Positions 29,694 through 40,912 of a DNA stretch of 64,000 bases are shown here, piece after piece. Source of the DNA: SAR86 cluster bacterium AG-339-G14 (GTDB taxonomy: Bacteria > Pseudomonadota > Gammaproteobacteria > Magnimaribacterales > AG-339-G14); assembly GCA_003282105.1 (NCBI GenBank), contig QCAB01000002.1, forward strand, positions 7,119 through 71,118, in the 5' to 3' direction. The translations under genes were made by a program, and so were the position numbers. Within the stretch, counting starts at the first letter, position 1; every line of letters begins with the position of its first letter. The notes beneath the pieces are model-generated. The model saw only the letters and a program-made list of their open reading frames with translations, was not told where the DNA came from and searched no databases.

Positions 29694-32015
29694 ATGAAAT
29701 TAAATTCTTTTTATTTTTTATTTTTGACGATATTTTGTTTCTCAAATCTAGTTTTTTCATCATCATGGATTATTGAAGATATAAGGATTAGTGGTTTGCA
29801 AAGAGTCTCTGCAGGTAGCATTTTCGCAGAAATACCTGTGACTATTGGAGATTCTATTGAACAAGATGAAATTATTGAAATCTCAAAATCAATATTTTCT
29901 ACTGGTCAATTTGACGACATTCAAATTGGGAGAGAAGGAAACGCCTTATTAATAAATTTAGTCGAAAGACCAACAATCGATGAAATAGTCATCGAAGGAA
30001 ATCAAGCGATTAAAACAGATAATTTAATGGATGGGTTGAAAAATTCAGGAATTTTTGAGGGCGCTTTATTCAGAAGATCAGTTTTTGAAAATTTAAGTTC
30101 AGAGTTGGAAAGGCAATACGTTTCTCAAGGAAAATATGCTGCGAATGTAGAAGTCTCATCCGATCCTTTGCCTCGTAATCGGGTAAAACTAAACGTTGAA
30201 ATAGAAGAAGGCGAAACTGCAAAGTTACAGAGCATTAATATTGTTGGAAATAATCTTTTTTCTGAAGACGAGCTAAAGAAAGTTTTTAAGCTAAGACCAA
30301 GATCTTGGTTATCAATATTTAGAAGAAACACTCCATATTCAAAAGAAAATCTTAAAGGCGATCTAGAAAGTTTAGAGTCGTTTTATAAAAATAGAGGATA
30401 CCTAAATTTCTCTGTAAATAATTCGATAATAACCATTTCTGAGGATAAGCAGAAAGTGTTTATAACTGTAAATATCTTTGAAGGAGATCTTTACAAAATC
30501 AATAATGTTTCTTTAGCAGGTGACTTTCCAGTAAAAGAAGAAATTATCAGAAGTCTTATATATGTTGTTGATGATTCAACTTTTTCTCAAGAACTCATTA
30601 CCTTTTCTGAAGAAAGTATAAATAATCTTTTAAACAACGAAGGGTTTTTATTTTCTGAAGTGTCGGGAAATATCAAGAGAGTTGATGACAATCTTGTGGA
30701 CATAGTTTTTTTCGTCGAGCCTGGACAGAGGACTTATGTTAGGAACATTGATTTCTATGGTAATAAAAGAACTCATGATGTTGTCTTAAGAAGAGAAATG
30801 AGACAAATGGAAGGTGCGTGGGCCTCGAACTCACTTCTTGAACGCTCTAAGTTGAGGTTAGATAGGTTAGGTTTTTTTAAAGAAGTAAATTTTGAAACAA
30901 TTCCTGTTCCAGGAGAAAAAGACAAAGTAGACGTAGAGTTCAACGTCGAAGAGGAATTTTCTGGCTCTATTGCGGGAAGTTTAGGTTATGGCGCCTACGG
31001 GTTCAGTATAGGAGCAAATTATTCAGAGAGTAATGCTTTTGGAACTGGAAATAGTATTGGGATCGGACTTAATTATAGTGATTGGCAAACCGATGTGTCT
31101 TTTAATTTTTTTGATCCTTATTTTAACGCGGATGGTGTTGGTTTAGGTTATGGCGCTTATATTAGATCTTCAGATTATTCAAATTTTAATATTTCTGCTT
31201 ACAACACAGAATCTTTTGGTGGTTCAGTTCAATTTGTTTTACCCATTAATGAAATTGAACAATTAAGTTTGTCCGCTTCAATTGATCAAACAGATTTATC
31301 ATCAAGCGCACTATCTTCTAGACAACTTTTAGATTTCATTTCTACTGAGGGTTCAAAGTTTGAATCTCTGACTCTAGGAGTCACTTGGTCAAGAAATTCT
31401 CTTAATAGAGGCTTATTTCCTACTGCAGGAACTTTAAATGTTCTGTCAGGTTCAGTTGCTGTGCCTGGAAGTTCTTTAACTTATGGAAAGTTATCTCATA
31501 GATTCAAGTATTATAGACCTTTGCCAAGTGATTTTGTTTTTTCAATCAGGACTGAAGTGGGTGGACTTTTTGCATATGGAGACACCGAAACACCTCCTCC
31601 ATACGAAAATTTTTATGCTGGAGGCTTAAATTCTGTTAGAGGTTTTGAACAAAATTCTCTTGGTCCCAGAGCAGTATATTCAGGATTTTATTCCTATTAC
31701 AACAGGCCAACAGGTGGAACCTATTCGTTTGAAGGAGGAATGGATGTAATTTTTCCTATTCCTTTTTTAGAAGATAGCAGATCAGTAAGAAGCTCGTTAT
31801 TCTTCGATTTTGGAAACGTATTTAGTGATGGCTGTAAATCATATGAAACCAACTGTAGTGAATTTGATTTATCAGAACTGAGATACTCCCTAGGTCTTGG
31901 CGTAACTTGGATTACCGCACTTGGACCAATGTCGTTCGCTATTTCTTCTGTTTTTGGAGATGATGTCTTAGATGAAACTGAAACTTTTCAATTTGAGATT
32001 GGAAATCAATTTTAA
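29694..32015 (+). CDS. bamA: Outer membrane protein assembly factor BamA
   Basis: Signal peptide MKLNSFYFLFLTIFCFSNLVFS, POTRA repeats and a C-terminal beta-barrel ending ...FQFEIGNQF. ATG at 29694 is preferred to the ORF-track start at 29649, which lies inside rseP. Confidence 0.93.
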   Translation: MKLNSFYFLFLTIFCFSNLVFSSSWIIEDIRISGLQRVSAGSIFAEIPVTIGDSIEQDEIIEISKSIFSTGQFDDIQIGREGNALLINLVERPTIDEIVIEGNQAIKTDNLMDGLKNSGIFEGALFRRSVFENLSSELERQYVSQGKYAANVEVSSDPLPRNRVKLNVEIEEGETAKLQSINIVGNNLFSEDELKKVFKLRPRSWLSIFRRNTPYSKENLKGDLESLESFYKNRGYLNFSVNNSIITISEDKQKVFITVNIFEGDLYKINNVSLAGDFPVKEEIIRSLIYVVDDSTFSQELITFSEESINNLLNNEGFLFSEVSGNIKRVDDNLVDIVFFVEPGQRTYVRNIDFYGNKRTHDVVLRREMRQMEGAWASNSLLERSKLRLDRLGFFKEVNFETIPVPGEKDKVDVEFNVEEEFSGSIAGSLGYGAYGFSIGANYSESNAFGTGNSIGIGLNYSDWQTDVSFNFFDPYFNADGVGLGYGAYIRSSDYSNFNISAYNTESFGGSVQFVLPINEIEQLSLSASIDQTDLSSSALSSRQLLDFISTEGSKFESLTLGVTWSRNSLNRGLFPTAGTLNVLSGSVAVPGSSLTYGKLSHRFKYYRPLPSDFVFSIRTEVGGLFAYGDTETPPPYENFYAGGLNSVRGFEQNSLGPRAVYSGFYSYYNRPTGGTYSFEGGMDVIFPIPFLEDSRSVRSSLFFDFGNVFSDGCKSYETNCSEFDLSELRYSLGLGVTWITALGPMSFAISSVFGDDVLDETETFQFEIGNQF

Positions 32016-32086
32016 AAATTCTTCTGGAAAAAGACCCCGTACAGAAGGTAAACTTCTTTTATATAAATCCTCTTAGGGAGATCATC

Positions 32087-32620
32087 ATGAGAAATTTTTC
32101 AATTTATTTAACCTCAGTTTTATTTTCTTTTTTTTCGCTTCCATCGATAGCAAACCTTGAAGGCGTAGCGGTAATAGATTATCAAGCTATATTTTTAGGC
32201 ACCGATCTCGCGAGAACAAGTTTTGAGGAATTAAGAGAATCAAACGATTATAAAGAATTAATGGAAGAGGCTCAGCTTAAGGATTCAGATAGATTGGCTT
32301 TAGCTGAGGAACTTAATAAAGATGCATCCACAATGTCAGATGAAGAACAAGCTGATAAATTAAAAAAAGCTCAATCGCTATATCAGGATATTCAGTTTCT
32401 CACACAGAAGATGCAAACTCTTGAAAATGAGGTAGTTCAAAAACTTCAAGCCAACCAAGGACCTAGTGTACAAAAAGTTGTAAATGATCTAATTGTGGCA
32501 AAAAAAATTACCTTGTTATTTAACAGTCAAGCTTTGTTAGCTTATGATCAAGCGAATCCTTTATTAAACATTACGCCTGAGGTAATTGAATTATTAAATC
32601 AGGTAAATAATAAAGAATAA
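32087..32620 (+). CDS. skp: Periplasmic chaperone Skp (OmpH)
   Basis: Signal peptide plus a coiled-coil-rich 177-aa protein between bamA and lpxD; SD GGGAG. Confidence 0.85.
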   Translation: MRNFSIYLTSVLFSFFSLPSIANLEGVAVIDYQAIFLGTDLARTSFEELRESNDYKELMEEAQLKDSDRLALAEELNKDASTMSDEEQADKLKKAQSLYQDIQFLTQKMQTLENEVVQKLQANQGPSVQKVVNDLIVAKKITLLFNSQALLAYDQANPLLNITPEVIELLNQVNNKE

Positions 32621-32629
32621 TTATTTGTT

Positions 32630-33607
32630 TTGTCCAAAAAAGTATACAAGCTTAGCGAAATTGCTGAACTTTTAGATTTATCTTTAGACGGAGATGGAGA
32701 AAAAAGAATCGCTTCAATAAATAATCTTAAGAATGCAAAATCATCTGAATTGTCCTTCTACTATTCAAAAAAATTTAAAAAAGATTTAAAAAATACAAAA
32801 GCAGGAGCGATTATTTTATCTAAAGAAGATGATTTTGATTTTTCTGGAAGCAAACTTTATACAGATCAGGTGCATCTAGTTTATGCTAAATGCAGTCAAT
32901 TATTTGAATCTGAAATTTCTGTACCTTATTTAAAAGATGAGCTCTCTAAGATTCATGAAAGTGCAAAAGTTAATTCTAATTCCTATATCGGGCCTTACAG
33001 CGTTATAGAAAAAGGGGTCCAAATAGAAGAAGGTGTTTTTATCAACTCTGGAGTTCATATAGGGGCGGGAACCATAGTCAAAAAAAATTCTAAAATACAC
33101 TCAAATGTCTCCCTTTATCCGGATTCAGTGATAGGAGAAAATTGCATTATTCATTCAGGTACTGTAATAGGTTCGGACGGGTTAGGTTTTGCAAAAAATG
33201 GAAAAAAATGGGAAAAGATTGTTCATTCTGGAAAGGTGATTATCGGTGACAATGTTGAAATTGGTGCTGGCTGCACAATTGATAAAGCTTCTTCTGGAGC
33301 TACTGAAATTTGCAACGGAGTAAAATTAGATAATCAAATACATCTAGCCCATAACTGTCATATCGGAGAAAATACTATCATTGGCGCAAATACTTCAATA
33401 GCTGGAAGCGTAAGGATAGGTAATAACTGCATGATTGGTGGCCTGTGTGGGATAGTGGATAATATTCAAATTACAGATGAGGTAACTATCTATCCGATGA
33501 CATTTGTGACAAATAATGTCAAAAATAAGGGAGCTTACTCAGGAGGGCCTATTTTAATGCAACACAAAGATTGGTTAAAAAAATCAGTAACTTTAAGGAA
33601 AAAATGA
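32630..33607 (+). CDS. lpxD: UDP-3-O-acylglucosamine N-acyltransferase
   Basis: N-terminus [21 protein letters not shown] (E. coli RLADLAQQLDAELHGDGD) plus hexapeptide repeats. TTG start; no in-frame ATG fits. Confidence 0.9.
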   Translation: MSKKVYKLSEIAELLDLSLDGDGEKRIASINNLKNAKSSELSFYYSKKFKKDLKNTKAGAIILSKEDDFDFSGSKLYTDQVHLVYAKCSQLFESEISVPYLKDELSKIHESAKVNSNSYIGPYSVIEKGVQIEEGVFINSGVHIGAGTIVKKNSKIHSNVSLYPDSVIGENCIIHSGTVIGSDGLGFAKNGKKWEKIVHSGKVIIGDNVEIGAGCTIDKASSGATEICNGVKLDNQIHLAHNCHIGENTIIGANTSIAGSVRIGNNCMIGGLCGIVDNIQITDEVTIYPMTFVTNNVKNKGAYSGGPILMQHKDWLKKSVTLRKK

Positions 33608-34041
33608 TTGATATAGAAGAAATTAGAAAATATTTACCCCATAGATATCCCTTTTTGCTGGTAGACAGGGTAATCGAGATTGAGTTGAATAAATATATAA
33701 AAGCCTATAAAAACATAACAAATAATGAGCCTTATTTTATAGGACACTTCCCCGAGAAGAGTGTGGTTCCAGGTGTTTTAATTTTAGAGGCTATGGCTCA
33801 AGCTTCAGGCATATTGGGTTTCAAAACCATGAGTAAAACACCGGATGAAGGTTCAATGTATTATTTTGTTGGAGCAGACAATTTAAGGTTTAAAAGACCT
33901 GTAATACCTGGAGATAAATTAATCTTAGAATCAACAAAAATTTCAGACAAAAGAGGAATTTGGAAATTTGAATGTAAGGCCTCTGTAGAAGATGAATTTG
34001 TTTGCTCAGCTACAATTTTGTGTGCAGACAGACCAAAATAA
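33604..34041 (+). CDS. fabZ: 3-hydroxyacyl-ACP dehydratase FabZ
   Basis: [13 protein letters not shown] and [22 protein letters not shown] at 33604 forms ATGA with the lpxD stop. The ORF-track start at 33571 is rejected. Confidence 0.93.
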   Translation: MIDIEEIRKYLPHRYPFLLVDRVIEIELNKYIKAYKNITNNEPYFIGHFPEKSVVPGVLILEAMAQASGILGFKTMSKTPDEGSMYYFVGADNLRFKRPVIPGDKLILESTKISDKRGIWKFECKASVEDEFVCSATILCADRPK

Positions 34042-34811
34042 TGATTCATAAATCTGCAATTGTTCATAAATCAGCAAAACTTGATACCACTGTAAACGTC
34101 GGTCCATTTGCGATTATTGGACCTGAAGTAGAAATTAATTCTGGTTCAAATATAGGCTCTCATGTTGTTCTAGAAGGCCCAACAATTATAGGAAAAAATA
34201 ATAAAGTTTTTTCGTTTGCTTCAATTGGAGGAGATCCACAAGATAAAAAATATCAAGGAGAAAAAACTTTTTTAGAAATTGGAGATGATAATATTTTTAG
34301 AGAAGGAGTCACAATAAATAGAGGCACAATCCAAGAAAACTCAAAAACCCTGATTGGCTCAAGAAACTTGTTTATGGCTTATGTACACGTGGCTCATGAT
34401 TGTGTAGTAGAAGACGATGTTGTGTTGGTAAACAATTCATCAATTGCTGGTTGCGTTAAATTAGAAAGAGGAGCGATTTTAGGCGGTTTTAGTTTAGTTC
34501 ATCAGTTTTGTAATATTGGAGCTTACAGCTTCTCTGCCATGGGAAGCGCAGTGTCGAAAGATATTCCAGCCTTTGTTAGGGTAAGCGGGAATACCGCAAA
34601 AGCGAGAGGACTTAACGTTACTGGAATCTCTCGACTCAATATTAACAAAGAGGGTACTCACGCACTTAAAGAAGCTTATAAAATTATTTATTTAAGAAAA
34701 AATACATTAGAAAATTCAAAAAGAAAAATAGAAGCTAATTTTGGCCACTTACCTGAGATTAAAATTCTTCTTAATTCTTTAAAGAATTCTGATAGAGGAA
34801 TCGTTAGGTAA
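34041..34811 (+). CDS. lpxA: UDP-N-acetylglucosamine O-acyltransferase
   Basis: [14 protein letters not shown] (E. coli MIDKSAFVHPTAIV) plus hexapeptide repeats. The ATG shares 1 nt with the fabZ TAA. The ORF-track start at 34002 is rejected. Confidence 0.93.
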   Translation: MIHKSAIVHKSAKLDTTVNVGPFAIIGPEVEINSGSNIGSHVVLEGPTIIGKNNKVFSFASIGGDPQDKKYQGEKTFLEIGDDNIFREGVTINRGTIQENSKTLIGSRNLFMAYVHVAHDCVVEDDVVLVNNSSIAGCVKLERGAILGGFSLVHQFCNIGAYSFSAMGSAVSKDIPAFVRVSGNTAKARGLNVTGISRLNINKEGTHALKEAYKIIYLRKNTLENSKRKIEANFGHLPEIKILLNSLKNSDRGIVR

Positions 34812-34818
34812 GCACGCA

Positions 34819-35940
34819 ATGAAAATAGCTTTATCAGCGGGAGAGGAATCAGGTGATATTTTAGGCTCAGATTTAATGCGATCTCTTAAAGCTCATGACG
34901 ACAAGATTGAATTTATAGGAATTGGTGGAGAAAGGATGAAACAAGACGGACTAGAATCCTTGTTTCCAATTAACGAAATTTCAAAAATGGGAATTATAGA
35001 TCCTTTATTCTCATTAAAGACCATATTGAAAAGAAGAAAGCAGTTAATAAGTTTTTTTGAGTTTCAAAAACCAGATATTTTTATCGGTATAGATAGTCCT
35101 TCCTTTAATCTTGGAATATCTAAAAAATTAAAAAAAAAGACAGACATCTCAACAATTCAATATGTTTGCCCTCAATTTTGGGCCTGGCGCGAAGATCGAA
35201 TAAAAAGTTTTTCTAAATTTTTAGACCATATTTTTTGTTTATATGATTTTGAAGAAAAAATTTTACGTAAACATAACATTAATTCAAGTTTTGTTGGTCA
35301 CCCCATTGCAGAAAAAATTGAGTTTGAAATAAATAGAAAGGAGCACAAACAAAAACTGAATCTAGATGAAAATTCCAAGCACGTTGTATTAATGCCTGGA
35401 AGCAGAAAATCTGAAGTTACCAGACACTTCAATGTTTTAGCTTCACTTTCAAATCATTATTTAAAATTAAATTCAAAGCTTCGATTTATTTTTGCTTTAA
35501 CCGAGAATAGTAAAAAACTGAATTTGGAGAAAGAAATTAAAGGAAATTCGAATTTAGAGATCCATTATGGTAATTCTAGAAATATTCTTCGCGCTTGTGA
35601 TTATGCTGTCATAACCTCTGGAACAGCTTCATTGGAGGCAGCACTTTGCAAAATTCCAATGATTGTTATCTATAAAACAAATTTTTTAAGCTATATGATT
35701 TTATCAAGACTCATCAAGACAGAATTTATTTCTTTACCAAATATATTAAAAAAGAAAAAAATTGTTGAGGAACTTATACAAACAAGGGTCACTAAAAAAA
35801 ATCTTGTTAGTGAGTTAGAGGCCTTAATGAATAAAGATCATCATGACTTATTGAATGATTATAAGAAAATTCATAATTCTTTAATAAATTCAAAAAAAAC
35901 AAAATTTTACGAAGTAATCAACTCTGTAAAAAAAAATTGA
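34819..35940 (+). CDS. lpxB: Lipid-A-disaccharide synthase
   Basis: MKIALSAGEESGDILGSDLMRSLK N-terminus; 373 aa; lpxA-lpxB-rnhB synteny. Confidence 0.92.
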   Translation: MKIALSAGEESGDILGSDLMRSLKAHDDKIEFIGIGGERMKQDGLESLFPINEISKMGIIDPLFSLKTILKRRKQLISFFEFQKPDIFIGIDSPSFNLGISKKLKKKTDISTIQYVCPQFWAWREDRIKSFSKFLDHIFCLYDFEEKILRKHNINSSFVGHPIAEKIEFEINRKEHKQKLNLDENSKHVVLMPGSRKSEVTRHFNVLASLSNHYLKLNSKLRFIFALTENSKKLNLEKEIKGNSNLEIHYGNSRNILRACDYAVITSGTASLEAALCKIPMIVIYKTNFLSYMILSRLIKTEFISLPNILKKKKIVEELIQTRVTKKNLVSELEALMNKDHHDLLNDYKKIHNSLINSKKTKFYEVINSVKKN

Positions 35941-36497
35941 AAAGGTTTTTAGCCGGAGTTGACGAAGTCGGAAGGGGTTGTCTTGCAGGGCCAGTTGTTG
36001 CAGCAGCAGTTATTCTTGGTGAAAATAACGTAAAAGGGTTAGCAGACTCAAAAAAATTATCCCAAAAAAAAAGGATTGAACTTTCAAACATAATAAAACT
36101 AAAAGCTCATACCTTTTCTATCGCTACAGTTTCTGCCAGGATAATTGACAAAGTTAACATTAGAAATGCATCTATTCTTGCTATGGAAAAAGCTGTGGCC
36201 GGTCTAAAACACTTGCCAAGAGAAATAATTGTAGATGGAAGGGATTCTTTAAACTCAAAACATCCTGTAAGCACTTTAGTGAAAGCTGATAATTTAGTAG
36301 CTGAAGTCATGGCTGCTTCAATAATTGCGAAGGTTTTCCGAGATGAATTAATGCTGCTTTTAGACAGAAAATATCCTAAATATTTTTTTGGCTCTCATAA
36401 AGGTTATGCAACTAAAAAACATATAGACGCTATAAATTCATATGGAATAATAAAAGAACATAGAAAAAGTTTCGGAATTGTAAAAAAATATAAATGA
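35937..36497 (+). CDS. rnhB: Ribonuclease HII
   Basis: AGVDEVGRGCLAGPVVAAAV and DSKKLS motifs. The TTG start is fused to the lpxB stop (TTGA). Confidence 0.9.
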   Translation: MKRFLAGVDEVGRGCLAGPVVAAAVILGENNVKGLADSKKLSQKKRIELSNIIKLKAHTFSIATVSARIIDKVNIRNASILAMEKAVAGLKHLPREIIVDGRDSLNSKHPVSTLVKADNLVAEVMAASIIAKVFRDELMLLLDRKYPKYFFGSHKGYATKKHIDAINSYGIIKEHRKSFGIVKKYK

Positions 36498-39400
36498 ATA
36501 AATTTTGTCATCTAAGTCTTCACTCAGAATTTTCCATAAATGACGGTTTAATTAATATGGAAGATTTGGCAAATAAAAGCTCAGAATTGGGATTTGATTC
36601 TGTTGCTTTGACGGATTGTTCTAACCTTTTCGGGTTTGTTAATTTTTACGAAAGTATGAGGAAGAAAGGGTTAAAACCTATTTGTGGCTCAGAAATGATT
36701 TTAGAAGGAGAAAATTCAAGAGGCAATTTGACATTCTTAGTTAAAAATCACCTAGGATATAAAAATTTGATGAGATTAATATCTCACGCGAATACAAAAG
36801 GAAAAAAAAACAAAGAATGCTTAATTAATACAAAAATTCTTAAGGATAACTATGAAGGGCTCATAATGTTTTCGGGGGGCTTAGGAAGTCAAATTTCAGA
36901 TTCCATATTGTCGGATAAATTTGAACTGGCTGAGAAGCAAGCTAAATTTTTTAAAGAAATTTTTAAAGAAGATTTTTTCTTTGAAATTACCAGATTAGGT
37001 TTTGAAGGTGAAAGTAGGTGCAATAGCGCTCTTTTAGACTTATCAAAATCTTTAGAGATCCCTGTAATTGCTACAAATCGAGTAAGATTTTTAAATGAAA
37101 ATGATTATGAATCTCACGAGACAAGAGTAAGCATCCAATCGGGGTATGTACTAAGCGATCCAAGAAGAAAAAGAGATTATAAAGAAGCTCAATACTTTAA
37201 GTCTTCTGAAGAGATGTTGCATGACTTCGCTGATATTCCTGAAGCAATAGAAAATGCTTATGAAGTTTCAAAGAAATGTAATTTAGAAATAAAAACGGGA
37301 GTTTATGTTCTCCCTGATTTCGAAACGCCTAATAATTTAAAAGAATCGGATTACCTTAGAAAATTAGCAGTAGAAGGTATTTTGCAAAAAATGAAGTTAA
37401 AAAACTTTGATCAATTGCCTTCATTATATTTACAAAGATTCAATTACGAATTAGAGACAATTCTAGAAATGGGCTATGAGGGATATTTTTTAATAGTAGC
37501 TGACTTTGTCAATTGGGCTAGAAATAATAAGGTTCCTGTAGGACCAGGACGGGGCTCTGGAGCAGGCTCTTTAATTGCTTATTCTTTGGGTATTACTGGA
37601 TTAGACCCTATGAAATACGACTTATTATTTGAACGTTTCTTAAACCCGGACAGAATAAGTAACCCTGACTTTGATATTGACTTTTGCAGAGACGGAAGAG
37701 AGAAAGTTATAGACTATGTTACAAATAAGTATGGTAATCAAGCAGTTGCACAAATTTGCACATTTGGGACCATGGCAGCTAGGGCTGTAGTTAGAGATGT
37801 TGCAAGAGCTCAAGGCAAGTCCTACAGCCTCGGAGATAAAATTGCAAAATTAATTCCTTTTAGTCCTGAAATGACCCTGGAAAAGGCACTTAAAGAAAAT
37901 AAAGAATTAAAACAGATTTTAAAATTAGATGAGGATGCTTCAGAAATTTTTGATATGGCACTTAAGTTAGAAGGTACTGCTAGAAGTGTTGGAAAACATG
38001 CTGCTGGGGTAGTTATAGCTCCTTCAAAAATTAACGATTATTCTCCTTTATATTTAGATGCCGATACTTATGACGAATCTGTTCCTCAAAGTTATGCAAC
38101 CCAATATAGTATGGAAGATATTGAAGCAGTAGGGCTACAAAAATTTGATTTTTTAGGTTTAAAAACTTTAACCGTTATCAATAATGCTCTGATTGAAATA
38201 AATAAATATAGAGAATCTATTAAGTTAGAACCAATTAATCTTGACGAGCTTAAATTAGACGATAAAGGAGTATTTGAGTTACTCCAGAAAGGTATTACTA
38301 CGGCAGTTTTTCAAATGGAATCACGAGGCATGAGAGAGTATCTCATCAAATTAAAACCCAATACTTTTGAGGATATTATTGCGATGATTGCCCTTTATAG
38401 ACCCGGACCTTTAGAAATGAAGATGGTCGATACTTATATAAACCGGAAAAATGGAATAGAAAAAATTGATTATTCTAAAGACCATAATATCGAGAAAATT
38501 TTAAAGAGTACTTACGGAGTAATTGTTTATCAAGAACAGGTAATGCAATTGGCTCAAGAATTTTCGGAATTTACCTTAGGTCAGGCAGATATTTTGAGAA
38601 AGGCAATGGGAAAAAAGATTCCCGAAGTAATGGAGAGTCAAAGACAAGCATTTATTGACGGGGCTAAAAAAAATCAAAAGATAACCAGAGTAGCCGAAGA
38701 TTTATGGGATCAAATAGAAACTTTTGCTGGCTATGGATTCAATAAATCTCATTCTGCAGCATATGCCTTAATCTCCTATCAGACAGCATGGCTTAAATCT
38801 CATTATCCATCTCAATTTATGGCTTCCGCTTTATCATCAGAACTAGACGATACAGATAAAATTAAAGTTTTGATTGATGATGCGTCTTCTTTAGGATTAA
38901 AAATAGAGCCTCCAAATATAAATAAAAGTTTTAGAGATTTTATTTCTCTTAATGAAGAAACTATTTTATTTGGCCTTGGATCGATAAAAGGAGTTGGAGA
39001 AAATGCTATAGAAAATATCATAGAACAAAGAAAAAAAGGCGATTTCGAGAGTCTTAAAGACTTTTGTTTTAGAGTTGATCTTTCAAAAGTTGATAAGAGG
39101 TGTATCGAGCCCCTAATCAAAAGTGGATCAATGGATGTGTTTAATATAGATAGATTTCAACTACTGGATCAAATGGAAGACATATTAAAGTTAGCAAGAC
39201 AGGAAATAGAAAATAAAGAAAATGGCCAATCCGATATGTTCGGAGTTCAAGAATTTTCAGTAGAAAGTAAGTCAAGCTTTAAAGAGTCTTTCCCTTCATC
39301 TGGCCTTTCAACTTTAGAATTTGAATCCCTGGGATATCATCTGCAACACCATCCAGTGGAGGAAAATTACTGGGAATTAAAAAAAGTCTCTCCAATAAAA

Positions 39401-39964
39401 ATAAAGGATCTTTTATTAAGTAATAATAATCAGAGATGTAGCGGAGTCATCATTTCTCATAATCGAATTCAAACTCGAAGGGGAACAATAGTATTTGCAA
39501 CTCTAGACGATAATTCCGGAAGGATCGAATTAATCATTAATCAAGAGGTTTTAGAAGCTTCCAACTTATCTTTTAACGGCCAAGAAATAATTATTGCTGA
39601 CGGAGAGGTCATTGAGGAAGATGGAAAAAAGAACAAAGAATTTGGCTTATCAAAAAAAATGAGAGTAACTCAATTAAATACCCTCGAAGAATTAAGAATA
39701 AAATTTGCTAGAAAATTATCTATAAACATCTCGGAAAATCAAACAAAGAAAATAGAAAAATTAATAGAGCAACTTCAAGATTTTTCTAAAGAAGAAAGTC
39801 CTAATGGATGTCCCATAGAAATTAATTATCACACTAAGGATGGAAAAGTTGGTATGGAACTTAAAGAAAACTTTAATATTTCTTTAACTAATGATAATTT
39901 TGAGTCCCTGAAGAAGGCTTGTGGTATGAAAAATATTGATTTGCATTATTATTCGAGGCAGTAA
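36494..39964 (+). CDS. dnaE: DNA polymerase III subunit alpha
   Basis: 1156 aa. PHP N-terminus (FCHLSLHSEFS), GPGRGSGAGSLIAYSLGIT, FDFLGLKTL and YGFNKSHSAAYA motifs. Confidence 0.97.
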   Translation: MNKFCHLSLHSEFSINDGLINMEDLANKSSELGFDSVALTDCSNLFGFVNFYESMRKKGLKPICGSEMILEGENSRGNLTFLVKNHLGYKNLMRLISHANTKGKKNKECLINTKILKDNYEGLIMFSGGLGSQISDSILSDKFELAEKQAKFFKEIFKEDFFFEITRLGFEGESRCNSALLDLSKSLEIPVIATNRVRFLNENDYESHETRVSIQSGYVLSDPRRKRDYKEAQYFKSSEEMLHDFADIPEAIENAYEVSKKCNLEIKTGVYVLPDFETPNNLKESDYLRKLAVEGILQKMKLKNFDQLPSLYLQRFNYELETILEMGYEGYFLIVADFVNWARNNKVPVGPGRGSGAGSLIAYSLGITGLDPMKYDLLFERFLNPDRISNPDFDIDFCRDGREKVIDYVTNKYGNQAVAQICTFGTMAARAVVRDVARAQGKSYSLGDKIAKLIPFSPEMTLEKALKENKELKQILKLDEDASEIFDMALKLEGTARSVGKHAAGVVIAPSKINDYSPLYLDADTYDESVPQSYATQYSMEDIEAVGLQKFDFLGLKTLTVINNALIEINKYRESIKLEPINLDELKLDDKGVFELLQKGITTAVFQMESRGMREYLIKLKPNTFEDIIAMIALYRPGPLEMKMVDTYINRKNGIEKIDYSKDHNIEKILKSTYGVIVYQEQVMQLAQEFSEFTLGQADILRKAMGKKIPEVMESQRQAFIDGAKKNQKITRVAEDLWDQIETFAGYGFNKSHSAAYALISYQTAWLKSHYPSQFMASALSSELDDTDKIKVLIDDASSLGLKIEPPNINKSFRDFISLNEETILFGLGSIKGVGENAIENIIEQRKKGDFESLKDFCFRVDLSKVDKRCIEPLIKSGSMDVFNIDRFQLLDQMEDILKLARQEIENKENGQSDMFGVQEFSVESKSSFKESFPSSGLSTLEFESLGYHLQHHPVEENYWELKKVSPIKIKDLLLSNNNQRCSGVIISHNRIQTRRGTIVFATLDDNSGRIELIINQEVLEASNLSFNGQEIIIADGEVIEEDGKKNKEFGLSKKMRVTQLNTLEELRIKFARKLSINISENQTKKIEKLIEQLQDFSKEESPNGCPIEINYHTKDGKVGMELKENFNISLTNDNFESLKKACGMKNIDLHYYSRQ

Positions 39965-40909
39965 ATGGCTTATACGTACTTAGAATTTGAAAAACCAATT
40001 AGTGATTTAGAAAGCAAAATCGAAAATCTTAAAACTTCTAAAGAAGATAACGAGGTTTTGGAAGAAATTTCAAAAATTAGTAATCAAATAGAATCTATTA
40101 CAAAAGATATTTATGGCAACTTAGACATTTGGCAGAAAGTTCAAGTAGCTAGGCATCCACATAGACCACATTTTTCCAATTACATAGAAAATATTTTTAC
40201 CAACTTTGATGAGCTTCATGGCGACAGAACATTTGGCGATGATAAAGCCATAATTGGAGGGTTAGCAATGTTTAAAAAAATGCCAGTTGTTCTTATTGGT
40301 CACGAAAAAGGTGCTAGTACGGACGATAAAATCTTGAGAAATTTTGGCATGGCTCAGCCAGAGGGCTATAGAAAAGCTGAAAGGTTAATGAAACTAGCAG
40401 AAGATTTTAATTTACCTTTAATAACCTTTGTGGATACGCCAGGAGCATACCCAGGAATAGAAAGTGAAGAAAGGGGAATGAGTGAAGCTATTGCAAAAAA
40501 TTTAAGCGTTTTAGCAAAATTAAAAACACCTATTATTGTTATTATCACCGGAGAAGGTGGATCGGGAGGAGCTCTTGCAATTGGAGTAGGGGATCATATT
40601 TGTATGCTTGAATATTCCATCTACGCGGTTGCTTCTCCAGAAGCATGCGCTTCAATTGTTTGGAGAGATAAATCCAAGGCAAATGAGGCCGCTAAAGCAA
40701 TGAAAGTTGATGCAGAAAATTTAATTAATTTTGGCCTCATAGACGAGGTTATAAGTGAACCTCTTGGAGGAGCACATAGAGACGTAAAAGGTGCTTGTAA
40801 TATTATTTCTGATTCAATTGAGAAGTCTTTAGAATCTCTTAAGGACAAGGATATTGAGGAAATATTAAATCAAAGATATCAAAAAATTATGTCCTATGGA
40901 TTGGTTTAA
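39965..40909 (+). CDS. accA: Acetyl-CoA carboxylase carboxyltransferase subunit alpha
   Basis: LEFEKPISDLESKIENLK, ARHPHRP and FVDTPGAYPGIESEERG motifs. Confidence 0.95.
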   Translation: MAYTYLEFEKPISDLESKIENLKTSKEDNEVLEEISKISNQIESITKDIYGNLDIWQKVQVARHPHRPHFSNYIENIFTNFDELHGDRTFGDDKAIIGGLAMFKKMPVVLIGHEKGASTDDKILRNFGMAQPEGYRKAERLMKLAEDFNLPLITFVDTPGAYPGIESEERGMSEAIAKNLSVLAKLKTPIIVIITGEGGSGGALAIGVGDHICMLEYSIYAVASPEACASIVWRDKSKANEAAKAMKVDAENLINFGLIDEVISEPLGGAHRDVKGACNIISDSIEKSLESLKDKDIEEILNQRYQKIMSYGLV

Positions 40910-40912
40910 ATT

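Noticed and set aside
32021-32075. In the bamA-skp spacer: hairpin CTTCTG (32021-32026)/CAGAAG (32042-32047), and a sigmaE-like motif GTAAACTT-15 nt-TCTTA (32048-32075).
   Set aside because: The stem is only 6 bp with a 15-nt loop and no T-tract, so it is not a convincing terminator. The putative -10 would place the transcription start downstream of the skp SD (GGGAG, 32076-32080), which makes it implausible as the skp promoter.
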